Shown here piece after piece: positions 52,714 through 64,000 of a DNA stretch of 64,000 nucleotides. A model generated the notes under the pieces. That model searched no databases. It was not told the DNA's origin and saw only the letters and a program-made list of their open reading frames with translations. Each line of letters begins with the position of its first letter. Position 1 is the first letter of the stretch. Origin of the DNA: Octopus sinensis (lineage: Eukaryota). The position numbers and the translations under genes are program-made. The stretch is taken from contig NC_043010.1 of assembly GCF_006345805.1 (NCBI RefSeq), positions 26,536,001-26,600,000 of the forward strand, in the 5' to 3' direction.

Positions 52714-55700
52714 CCATCTTACCCATACTCCGCACCACATCTTACCGCCTTATGTGTGCCACCATTCGCTCCAATCTCTCTAAACTACATACCATCGACT
52801 GCCTCCTCCCTCCTGCTTTTTCCACATTTTTCTCCTCTCTGCCGCCTTTCCATGCTCCAAACACGCTATGCTTCATTATCCATTTGAATTACCTCTTCCA
52901 TCAATTTCTTTCCAATACCAAACTTCGTAAACTCCAATCACTCCTCTATTCCACCACACCCGACGCCACTACCCTTCTCCCCTCCTAACCCCACTGTCCC
53001 TCCCAACAACCCCCACAAACCTCCCCAATCCCTCCCCCTCAGACCTCCACCAGCCCTACCACCCCTCCTACTCCTACTCCCATTCCATCCACCCCTCGTA
53101 CTTCTATTCCACCCACCCCTTCTCCACTTCCGTCTGTTGTTACCATTCCCCCTGATCTTCCCCTCTCTGCGGCGGAACACTCTGTCCTTGGTAGGGGTCT
53201 GCGTTTCATCCCCCTCACTCCATCCTGTAAGGAATTCCAGACGCGAGCTGATGTCCACAGCTTTGTGCACTGCGTCCGGTCGGGTGCATTTTTCCACGAC
53301 TCACCACCCGCATCCAACGATGAGGACTGCTTCACTGACCTGGGCCGCCGACCATCCCCGTGGACGCCTGCCCCCGGCCAGTTCCTAGCGGTTGATCTTT
53401 TCGCGGGCGCCTGTCAGCGTGCATTGGAGCAGTTCAACTTCTCCAGGCGCCTCAACATCTCCCCGGCCGAGCCCTTGGCTCTTCGTTCCCTCCAACGGCG
53501 CGCTGACATTATCATCAAACTGGCTGACAAGAGTGGAGCTGTGGTGGTGTGGCGCGTGGACCTCTACAGGGCCGAGGCTCTCCGCCAACTCAATGACACC
53601 TCCTTCTACTCCCCTCTGTCCTCTAACCCCACACGTAGCTACCAACAGACGGTATCCTCTACTGTCCACGACCTCATCTCGTCCTCCCATCTCCCCCACA
53701 CCGCATCCAACCTAATTGTGCAAACCCCACGCACCCCCACCATTTACTTCCTCCCCCAAATCCACAAACCCAACAACCCTGGCCGCCCCATTGTCTCCGC
53801 CTGCAACTGCCCACGGAGCTCATCTCAAAATATCTCAACCGTGTCCTTGCCCCCCTAGTGGCGTCTCTACCCTCCAACATCCACGACACCAACCATGCTC
53901 TCCGGCTGTTCAACTCTTTCTCCTTTCCTCCCGGCTCCTCCAAAATACTTTTTACAATGAACATCCAGAGTCTCTATACCATCATCCCTCACCACGAAGG
54001 ACTGCGGGCACTTCAACACTTTCTCGACCTCCGCTTCAACCCCGAACCCGACACCTCCACACTCATTCGTCTGGCTGAACTTGTCCTTTCTCTTAACTGC
54101 TTCTCGTTCGCGGGCGAGTTCTACCAACAGGTCTCGGGAGTGGCCATGGGAATGCGAATGGGCCCCAACTATGCGAACCTGTTCGTTGGCTATGTTGAGG
54201 CCCAAATATTCTCTAATTTCACTGGTCCCACTCCTGAACTATATGGTCGTTACACTGACGACATTATCGGTGCCACCTCACTCTGCCGTGAACATCTAGA
54301 TTCCTTCCTCTCTTTCGTTCAATCTTTCCATCCAGCCCTCCACTTCACCTCCACTATCTCCAACACCTCTGTCTCCTTCCTCGATATTTCGGTCAGCATT
54401 CATCACTCCACTCTTACCACCTCCATTCACTACAAACACACAGACTCACACTCATACCTAAACTTCTCTTCCTCCCACCCAAAACACACCAAGCTTTCCA
54501 TCCCCTATTCCCAATTCCTCCGTCTACATAGGCTCTGTAGTGACGACCATGACTTTGAGACTCAGCCTCTACGCATGGCTCGCCACTTCATCCTACGTGG
54601 ATACCCCCTCACCATTATCCACACCGCCCTTGCTAGAGCACGTTACGTAGACCGTGCATCTGCTCTCTCCCCCCGAACCTGCCCTGTAGTCTCCCGCCTC
54701 TCTTTTCCCCTCACTTACCACCCCACGACCCTACCTCTCCAACGCACCATTCTTTGAGCTTTCCGTCATCTCCAGTCCGACCCGTCCACTTCACACCTCT
54801 TCCCTAACCGACCCCCTCCCCTCCTTCAAACGAGCCCATAACCTACGAGACCTTTTGGTCCACAGCTCCTTCCCTGACCCTACCTTCCAACCTGGCTCGT
54901 TCCTCTGCTCCCACCCACGTTGCCACACTTGCCCTTACCTCTCCAACACCACCCTCCTCACTGGCACCCATCATCGACCCTATCGCATCATCAACTCCTT
55001 CACCTGCACCTCCAGTAATATCATCTACTGCATCTCTTGCTCTCTCTGCCATTCCCTGTACATCGGACAAACGGGACGCCGCTTGGCTGACCGGTTCGCG
55101 GAACACCTCCAAGACATCCGCCTTGCCAACGACACACCGGTCTCACGCCATTTCCACTCCATCGGTCACTCCTTGCAAGATCTGTCTGTGTTCGGTTTGT
55201 CCTTGCGCAGAGGCCATCCGGATTCCCGTTTGCGCCTTCCCTTCTTCCCTCCTCTTTCTTCTTCCTCTTCTCTCTTTCTCTGTGCTCCCTCACTCCCCTT
55301 CTCTCTATCCCCCTATCCTCCCCTCCTCCTCTCCCCTCCTTTCCATCCCCCTCCTTTTCTCCTCTCCTTCCTTCTCCCCTTCCTTCCTCCTCCTCCCTCC
55401 TCCCCCTCTTCTCTTTTCTTCTCCCCCCTCTCACCCTCCCTCTCATCTCATCTCACCCTCAACCCCTCCTTCTTTCCTCCCCCTCACTCTCACCTTTCCT
55501 CTTCTCCCTCCTCCCTCCTCTCTCCTTCTTCCCCCTCTTCCCCTCTCATCCCCTCCCACCCTCCCCTCCCCTCATCTCCCCTCCCCTCCCTCATCACCCC
55601 CTCCTCTCCTTCCTCCGCCTCCCCCTCTCATCCCTCCTCCTCCACTCTCTCTCTCACTCTCCCCCTCATCTCCCCTCTCTACACTACACCATACGACATT

Positions 55701-56312
55701 ACACATCACATCATACATACATACATATATTTCTTTATTGCCCACAAGGGGCTAAACATAGAGGGGACAAACAAGGACAGACAAAGGGATAAAGTCGATT
55801 ATATCGACCCCTGTTCGTAACTGGTGCTTAATTTATCGACCCCGAAAGGATGAAAGGCAAAGCCGACCTCAGCGGAATTTGAACTCACAGCGTAACGGCA
55901 GACAAAATACGGCTACACATTTCGCCCGGCGTGCTAATGATTCTGCCAGCTCGCCGCCATACACACGTCCAGACCTTTCATACGCACCACATACTCTCTC
56001 ATACACACACACACCCTTATGTTGGGGCGAAGTCATTTGACCCTGTTATCTCCCCTATTTTCGCTCTTGCGTCTCACGTTTGATCTCTGACTTCTGGCCA
56101 GAATCGCCATGTTGAATCGCTAGCTTCTGCACGCATTTTTTTCTCTCCTTGTTTCTCTCCATGTTTCTTTTCTGTGTATCTTTCTGTTGAAGAGCGTAGG
56201 CTCGAAACGTAAAAGACTTGTTTTATTTATATTCCTGAGTGCCATACTAATACAATTGTTTGTTTGTATTCCACCTGCCTTCGTCTTTTGTTTATTTTCA
56301 TAAAGCTTCCCG
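52714..56312 (+). mobile_element. Penelope-like element (Neptune-like: RT, CxxxxCxxC, GIY-YIG), frameshifted, with 3' pseudo-LTR
   Basis: Motifs IIIKLADKSGAVVV, PQIHKPNNPGRPIVS, GVAMG..MGPNYANLF, RYTDD, CSHPRCHTC and NIIYCISCSLCHSLYIGQT. Interrupted by a pyrimidine tract (55235-55680) and a SINE (55725-55958). Confidence 0.93.
56179..56216 (+). ncRNA. Minimal HHR of the Penelope pseudo-LTR (variant core)
   Basis: TCTTT-CTGTTGA-A-GAGC-GTAG-GCTC-GAAA-CG-TA-AAAGA, with a loop-less ACGT palindromic stem III. Confidence 0.65.
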
Positions 56313-56486
56313 ATATATATATATATATATATATATGCACATTCAAAAATAGAAAGATATATAATTCTTTTCTTGAAGGAGATACAGCTATGAATAATAA
56401 TGTATAAGTATTAGGCTAAAAAGAACTCTATGGATCATAAAAGCCTGACGGTGCAGGATTCATGTTTGAGGTGACTCAGGTATATG

Positions 56487-56527
56487 ATGCTGATGAGCTG
56501 AAATAACAGTGAAATATTGATATCCAC
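56487..56527 (+). ncRNA. Probable hammerhead motif within a 343-bp-period direct repeat
   Basis: TG-CTGATGA-GCTG-AAATAA-CAGT-GAAA-TATTGATA-TC-CA; stem I is only 2 bp. Confidence 0.45.
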
Positions 56528-57383
56528 TGTTCTAATTCACCTGTAGGGCAATTCATTTAATCTAATATGAGGTATTCAGTGTTTTTTTTTTTTTTACACT
56601 CAATGCTTTTTTACATTCAATGAATTCCACAGCCAATAAGTGTATAAACCAACCACATTCACAAAATATGTGATATTGGTAATGTTTACCAACTGCTTCT
56701 AATTCAAAATTTAATTTTATTTCACTTGTGCAGCATTTTTTCACATCAGTAGATAGATTTTTGTGCTGTCTGCATATATAAAATTCAAATCAGCGATTTG
56801 AATTTGTTTTGAGGTAACTCAGATGTATGGTGTTTACAAGCTGAAATGTCAGCAGAATATTGAGAAATACATACATTTGTACAGGAGATGATATACTGGC
56901 TTGTCCCAGAATTGAACTCATGACATTATTTTCGTGAGCTGGACTCCTTAACCAATTAGCCATGTACCATTTCTACATAAACTCTCATTTCACTCTCCTC
57001 ATTTCTCTCTTTCTCCCCCCTCCCTCCTTCTCTTTCTCTCTCTCAATATGTATATAAAAGAAGAGCCCAATCCTGGGTCAGATCTATGGTTTATTGGATT
57101 TGGTACTTATACGTAAATGGATAAATATATGTGTGTGCATGCACACACACACACACACACACATAAATGTAAGATTCAAGGATCGAGGTGTAAGAAGAAA
57201 GTCAGCTTCAAGCAATCCATTATAAATATAAAAAACAAAACTTTCAGGAATATTGTGGTTTATTGACATGGAAGGTTGTGGATTTTTTTGTATCAAATTA
57301 CAATAAGCTGAAAAGAATTCCTTTTATATTTCACGGTAGGCAACCAGGGTTGCTGAGTACAAGAATAAGAATACAAGAATTAA

Positions 57384-57641
57384 GGAATGGAGAAAATGAG
57401 ATCTGGGCTGCATGATTTGTAGTGAATGGAGCCTCAGAAATGTTAAATATCCAAGCAAGGTGTATACTGCAGTCTACTCATCAGGCCAAGGGTATCTTGA
57501 TTAAATGTAAACTTTTATTTAATCAAGATACCCATAGCCTGACAAGTAACCTGTGGTATACACCTTACTTAGATATTTACCACTTCTGAGGTTCTGTTTA
57601 CTACAAAACATGTAGCCCATATCTCTTATCTATTCCATTCC
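57384..57641. mobile_element. Old palindromic MITE flanked by TTAA (Kolobok-like)
   Basis: TTAA|GGAATGGA...TCCATTCC|TTAA; imperfect arms meet at GATTAAAT-GTAAACTTTT-ATTTAATC. Confidence 0.6.
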
Positions 57642-57649
57642 TTAAGTTT

Positions 57650-57691
<42 letters not shown>

Positions 57692-57694
<3 letters not shown>

Positions 57695-59496
57695 GGTCAT
57701 AGCCCAACTAATTAGAGAGAGAGTTAGTTTAGATGAGATGCAGTTTGGGTTCGTGCCAGGGAAAAGTACCACTGATGCTATATTCCTGGTAAGATAGCTG
57801 CAGGAGAAATGCCTAGCCAAAAATAAGCCCCTGTACCTGGCTTTTGTTGACATGGAGAAAGCCTTCGACAGGGTCCCCCGATCACTTATATGGTGGTCAA
57901 TGAGGAAACTAGAGGTAGATGAATGGTTAGTGAGAGCTGTGCGAGCCATGTACAGGGACGCTGCTAGTAAGGTGAGAGTTGGCAACGAGTACGGTGAAGA
58001 ATTCCGGGTAGAGGTAGGGGTCCACCAAGGTTCAGTCCTCAGCCCCCTCTTATTTATCATAGTCCTCCAGGCAATAACGGAGGAATTCAAGACAGGATAC
58101 CCCTGGGAGCTCCTCTATGCTGATGACCTTGCTCTAATTGCTGAGTCACTATCAGAACTGGAGAAGTTTCAGGTGTAGAAGCAAGGATTAGAATCGAAGG
58201 GCCTTTAGAGTCAACCTAGCTAAAACCAAAGTCCCAATAAGTAGGAAGGTAGACAAATCACAAACGCCTTCAGGTAGATGGCCCTGCTCAATCTGTAGAA
58301 AAGGCATAGGTAGAAACTCTATAAGATGCAACAAGTGTCAGCTATGGACACATAAGAGGTGCAGCAATGTCAAAGGAAGGCTAACTAGGAAAATAGTTTT
58401 TGTATGTGGCAGATGCTCAGGAGCAATAAACACTGAAAATGCGCAGAGACCAACTTCCGCCACATTCCAGGGAGAAAAACTAGAAATAGTTGATAGCTTC
58501 CATTACCTAGGTGACCAAGTCAGTAGCGGGGGTGGGTGTGCTGAAAGTGTAACTGCTAGAGTAAGAATAGCTTGGGCAAAGTTCAGAGAGCTCTCACCTC
58601 TGCTGGTGACAAAGGACCTCTCTCTCAGAGTAAAAGGCAGACTGTAGGACGCACGTGTACAAACAGCCATGCTACATGGTAGTGAAACATGGGCCATGAC
58701 TGCTGAAGATATGCGTAAGCTCACAAAAAATGAAGCCATGATGCTCCGATGGATGTGTAATGTCAGTGTTCATACTCGACAGTGTAAGTACCTTGAGAGA
58801 AAAGTTGGACCTAAGAAGAATCAGTTGTGGTGTGCAAGAGAAACGTTTGCGCTGGTGAGAATGGATGAAGATAGTTGTGTGAAAAAGTGCCACACCCTAG
58901 CGGTTGAGGGAACCTGTGGAAGAGGTAGACCCAGGAAAACTGGGACGAGGTGGTGAAGCACGACCTTCGAACCTTAGGTCTCACCGAGGAAATGACTAGA
59001 GACCGAGACCTATCGAAGTATGCTGTGCGTGAGAAGACCTGGCAAGACAAGTGAGACCATAACCCGTGGCCTCTACCTGGGATGTAACCAGTCCACTTAT
59101 GCATACCTTTCCTTCTTGAGACTCAAAACTCTACATGTGAAGACATGTTAACGCAAGTGAGAATCAGAATCAAAATCAAAATCAAAATCGATCAACATCA
59201 ATGGAAATTGTAACTGTGATACCAGTGCCGGTTGCATGTAAGCAAACCATCCGAATGTAGCCGTTGCCAGACTCACCTGGCCCCCGTGCCGGTGGCATGT
59301 AAAAAGCACCCTCCGATCGTGGCCATTGCCAGACTCGCCTGGCCCCCGTGCTGGTGGCATGTAAAAAGCACCATCCGATCGTGGCCGTTTGCCAGCCTCG
59401 TCTGGCACCTGTGCTGGTGGCACAGACCCCAGTCGAACTGTCCAACCCATGCTAGCATGGAAAGCGGACGTTAAACGATGATGATAATGATGATGA

Positions 59497-59500
<4 letters not shown>
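57692..59500 (+). mobile_element. RTE-clade LINE, 5'-truncated, decayed
   Basis: Homologous to 5235-7050, including the PHD-like insert, LYADDL and the (GAT)n tail. Confidence 0.92.
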
Positions 59501-59541
<41 letters not shown>

Positions 59542-59600
59542 ATACACACACACACACATGTATATATATAAATATATATAGGTTACAATTACCTATATAA

Positions 59601-59686
59601 TTGGCTGAAGAGCACTCAACATCTTAAATCTGCTGTAATACTTACAACTTTTAATAAAATGTTGTAGTGCGAAACAATTGTACCAA
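59601..59686 (+). ncRNA. Type-I hammerhead ribozyme, intact
   Basis: TTGG-CTGAAGA-GCACT-CAACAT..ATGTTG-T-AGTGC-GAAA-CAATTG-TA-CCAA, lying between (TA)n tracts. Confidence 0.82.
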
Positions 59687-59729
59687 AGTACGGAGTCATT
59701 CTTGTTGCTTATTTTTGATTATAAATATA

Positions 59730-59761
<32 letters not shown>

Positions 59762-59762
59762 A

Positions 59763-59793
<31 letters not shown>

Positions 59794-59849
59794 AATATAT
59801 ACATATATATATATATGTGAATGTATGTATGTATATATGTATGTTTGTA

Positions 59850-59903
<54 letters not shown>

Positions 59904-60061
59904 CACGGGAGTGGCTGTGTGGTAAGTAGCTTGCTTCCCAACCACACGATTCCAGGTTCAGTCACACTGTGTGATACCTTCTACTATAGCCTCGGGCCAA
60001 CCAAAACCTTGTGAGTGGATTTGGTAGATGGAAATTGAAAGAAGCCCATTATATGTATATA

Positions 60062-60955
60062 TCATCATCATCATCATAATCATTTAACATCCGTTTTCCA
60101 TACTAGCATGGGTTGGACAGTTCGACCGGGGTCTGGGAAGCCAGGAGACTGCAGCAGGCTCCAGTCTGATCTGCCAGTGTTTCTACAGCCAGATGCCCTT
60201 CCTAACGCCAACCACTCCGTGAGTGTAGTGGGTGCTTTTTATGTGCCAGTGGCACAGGTACCGGGCGAGGCTGGTGACAGCCACGATCGGTTGGTGCTTT
60301 TTATGTGCCACTGACATGGAGGCCAGTTGATGCGGCATTGGCAACGGCCACGTTCAGATGGATCTTTTTACGTGCCACCAGCACTGGCATCACAACTACA
60401 ATTTCCATTGATTCTTTGATCGATTTCGATTTCGCTTGCCTCAACAGGTCTTCGCAAGCAGAGTTTTGTGTCCCAAGGAGGAAAGGTATGCATAAGTGGA
60501 CTGGCTACATCCCAGGTAAAGGCCACGGGTTATGGTCTCACTTGTCCTGCTGGGTCTTCTCACACACAGCATATTTTCAAAGGTCTCGGTCACTAGTCAT
60601 TGCCTCGGTGAGACCTAATGTTAGAAGGTCGTGCTTCACCACCTCGTCCCAGGTCTTCCTGGGTCTACCTCTTCCGCAGGTTCCCTCAACCGCTTGGGTG
60701 TGGCACTTTTTCACACACTTATCATCATCCATTCTCGCCACATGACCATACCAGCGCAAACGTCTCTCTTGCTCACCACAACTGATGCTTCTTAGGTCCA
60801 ACTTTTCTCTCAGGGTACTTACACTCTGTCGAGTATGAACACTGACATTATACATCCATCGGAGCATCATGGCTTCATTTCTTGCGAGCTTACGCATATC
60901 CTCAGCAGTCACAGACCATGTTTCACTACCATGTAGCATGGCAGTTTGTACATGC
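60062..60955 (-). mobile_element. RTE LINE 3' fragment
   Basis: ORF 60577-60939 (MLHGSETW..RLRWYGHV..RGRPRKTW) plus 3' UTR and tail. Confidence 0.9.
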
Positions 60956-61130
60956 TACATGGTTGTATATGTATGTATGTGTGTCTGTGTTTGTCCCTCA
61001 CAACATCCCTTGACAATTGATGCTGGTGTGTTTACATCCCCATAACTTAGCGTTTCGGCAAAAGAAACTGATAGAATAAGTAGTAGGCTTACATAGAATA
61101 AATAAAAATATATATATATATACATATATA

Positions 61131-61731
61131 TAGAATTGTTGTATACTGTCAATTTAACGTGACAGTAGGGGATTACACCACCGCTGTTTAGCCCTAGGAA
61201 GCATCGACGCTTCCTGTCGGAAATGTGTCGAAGCCGACAGGAAGCGTCGATGCTTCCTAGGCTAAACAGCGGTGGTGTAATCCCCTACTGTCACGTTAAA
61301 TTGACAGTATACAATCATTCTATCGCCCCACCACCGTACATATCTCTATGAGATATTTAGAAATTTAATATTTCTGATTTTGGTGATCAGTGAATAAACT
61401 TCACTGAAAATTAGATATATATATTTACGAAGTCGAGACAGATATCTGCACCTAGCAGGCTTCTGCTACTCTAGACCAATGATGGGCAAAGATCCTGAAA
61501 CATGCGTGTCTGTAGATGCAGGCCTAGCTGTTGGGGATATTTGTCTCCCCTTCGTAAATATATAAGGACACAGGAAATGTGTCGAAGCCGACAGGAAGTG
61601 TCGATGCTTCCTAGGGCTAAACAGCGGTGGTGTAATCCCCTACTGTCACGTTAAATTGACAGTATACAACTATTCTATTGCCCCACCACCGTACATATCT
61701 CTATGAGATATTTAGAAATTTAATATCTCTG

Positions 61732-61734
<3 letters not shown>
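61131..61734 (+). mobile_element. Retrozyme-like element: 354-bp highly structured monomer, ~1.45 tandem copies plus a 5' inverted segment
   Basis: Direct repeats start at 61219 and 61573. 61131-61220 inverts 61234-61322. A degenerate HHR lies at 61470-61516, and the element is flanked by (TA)n. Confidence 0.78.
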
Positions 61735-61783
<49 letters not shown>

Positions 61784-61827
61784 TACAGTGATGTACTTGA
61801 CCTGACCTAGATCATGTACTGAAATAA

Positions 61828-62019
61828 AAACAATTGCAGCGTAGAAGGTGTTTATAAGCCATTTAAGAACACACAAAAAACTGTTAGATTCACTTAAACA
61901 TTTAAATTTAATTTGTCAAATTATTTTCATCGCTTTTTAAATTTAAAGGTTGAAGTGAATCTAACGGTTTTTGTGTGCTTTTAAATGGCTTATAAACACT
62001 TTCCATGATGTAATTGTTT
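61828..62019. repeat. Fold-back inverted repeat between (TA)n tracts
   Basis: Arms ~61828-61910 and ~61938-62019. Confidence 0.8.
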
Positions 62020-62393
62020 ATATATATATTTATGTATATTCTTTTATTCTTTTACTTGTTTCAGCCATTTCACTGTGGCCATGCTGGAGCATCGCCTTTA
62101 GTTGAGCAAATCGATCCCAGGACTTATTCTTTGCAAGCCTATCACTTATTCTATCGGTCACTTTTGCTGACCCACTAGATTACGAATACTTTGACACGCC
62201 ACCATCAGTTGTCAAGCGATGGTGGGAGGATAAACACAGACACCCAAACACACACACTCACATATATATACAATGGGGTTTGATCAGCCTGAGGGTATAG
62301 TAGAAAACACTTGCCCATGGTGCCATGCAGTAGGACTGAACCCAGAACCATGTTGTTGGTAAGCAAGCTACTTACCACACAGCCACTCCTGTG

Positions 62394-62435
<42 letters not shown>

Positions 62436-62765
62436 TATATACATGTGTGTGTGTGTGCATTAACTTTTAAATGTATATTTGCATGCACATACTTACACGC
62501 ACACATATATACAGACAGAAAGAGTTAAGTACACACACATTGACTTATCGTAATGTCACTAAATATAACCTTTAAAATGTGTTGCATATTGTTGTCTTTG
62601 ATCATCAAACAGGTTCTGTCTCTGTAGTTGACATTTTATCTGAAGGGACTAAGTGCCTTTGGTGGCACAGTGACTGCCATGGAGTTTAACCCTTTCCACT
62701 GAAGCACATAGATAACTGCATTGTTCTGGTAACATCTGCACATGTATCTAAATTCCATGTTGAGT

Positions 62766-62853
62766 TTACTACTGCTGCTGCTGCTACTACTTCTGCTACT
62801 ACTACTGCTGCTACTGCTGCTACTACTACTACTACTAATACTACTACTACTAC
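62766..62853. repeat. (CTA/CTG)n microsatellite
   Basis: Visible directly. Confidence 0.95.
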
Positions 62854-64000
62854 TTCATTATTTCTTCATATCTGTCTACCTATTTATCTCTCCCTTATAC
62901 TGCAAATGTACTGAGAATAGTGGTGTTTTTATCCTAAGGAAGTACTCCTGGTACAAACCTTCTGGTACTTTCTCCTCTTCCTGTAAAAATGATAATAATT
63001 TAATCGAGATTTCTATTTCCAAACTACTTTGTACTGAAGAGATCCAACTAGATTGAAATGGTAGATATGTATGAATATTAAGGAGTCTTTGATTAAAAGA
63101 AAAATTAAAAGAGAGAAAATTTAATCAAATGTGTATATAAAAAAAACCATGTTTTTTTTCTTTTTGCTAATAACACAAAAAGAAAGAAAAAAATTGTAGT
63201 AATATGGATTCTAGCAAGACAATTCTGTCTATTGTCAAAGAGGCAAACAACCAAATAGACTTAAAGATTACATGGATAATCTAATTTATTCATTAGAAAT
63301 ATTATTTTGGAATATATTAATGACTTCCTTCACTGACGCCTTGATCTTCAACTTTGAGCATTCACTATTACCTTGTTAACCTTTAGTAACTGCATTTTTT
63401 CTAGAATTGTTTCCCTTGCAACTGCCTGTTGCTACAGAGGAGAAAACTCATATGGTGACATGATGCATCTACTGTGTGCTAAAAATTAGTTATATAAACT
63501 CTGTCTGCCATTTCTACCATTTGACTTCACTGCTAACTCTCTCTTCTTTTTATTGTTATTGAAACTTGTAATAAGGATAATGTGATGAAAACAGTATTTT
63601 AAATTTCCTTTTTCTTGCTAATTTTATTATGGTAGAAATGGAAACTGGAACATTGAACAAAACACTTGAGGAGGAATTTACTTTTAAGAAGTCGTTAGGA
63701 GATAATTCATTTGTTATTACATCCAATGTTTTCCATGCTACCATGAAATATATATATATGTATATATATATATATGTATATATAATTGATAAACAGGATG
63801 TCAAACATTAAGGCAAGGGAAACATCTCAAGTCATATACAATATTATTATAGGAAGAAATTCAAAATCTTACAACTGTTTCTGGAATATCCTCGAGTATG
63901 AGATATTCCCATACTCCCGTCATCAGAAGACAAATTGGGGAGAAAAAATATGGAAAATGAGAATGGAATATATCAATAAGATGACAGCATAGAGAAAAGG

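Noticed and set aside
55235-55680. Pro/Ser/Leu-rich C-terminal extension of the Penelope ORF
   Set aside because: Low-complexity pyrimidine tract, probably a degenerate or poorly resolved (CT)n repeat rather than coding sequence.
57476-57485. CTGATGAG on the minus strand inside the 57.4-57.6 kb palindrome
   Set aside because: There is no stem II, GAAA or stem III continuation, and the opposite arm lacks the core.

Overview
Eukaryotic, AT-rich, microsatellite-dense DNA. The repeat landscape (RTE, CR1 and Tx1 LINEs, Penelope-like elements, mariner, Merlin, Helitron, dense tRNA-derived SINEs) resembles an octopus/cephalopod genome; this is an inference. There is no intact protein-coding gene. 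All long ORFs are decayed transposons or simple-repeat artefacts, apart from a CpG-retaining promoter-like region with two RFX X-boxes (~36.3 kb) and a few weak exon candidates. The main unexplained signal is a set of about 15 minimal type-I hammerhead ribozyme (HHR) motifs, ranging from intact to decayed, most with a palindromic stem III. Some lie in the 3' ends or pseudo-LTRs of two Penelope-like elements. Others lie in non-coding ~340-410-nt units that occur as partial tandems with a fold-back inverted copy at their 5' end, usually beside (TA)n tracts. Two of these units (18.9-19.3 kb and 61.1-61.7 kb) are distant homologues with compensatory base changes in several hairpins. This fits a family of retrozyme-like structured (possibly circular) RNAs mobilised by Penelope-like elements. 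All folds and alignments were done by eye, and boundaries are approximate unless stated.
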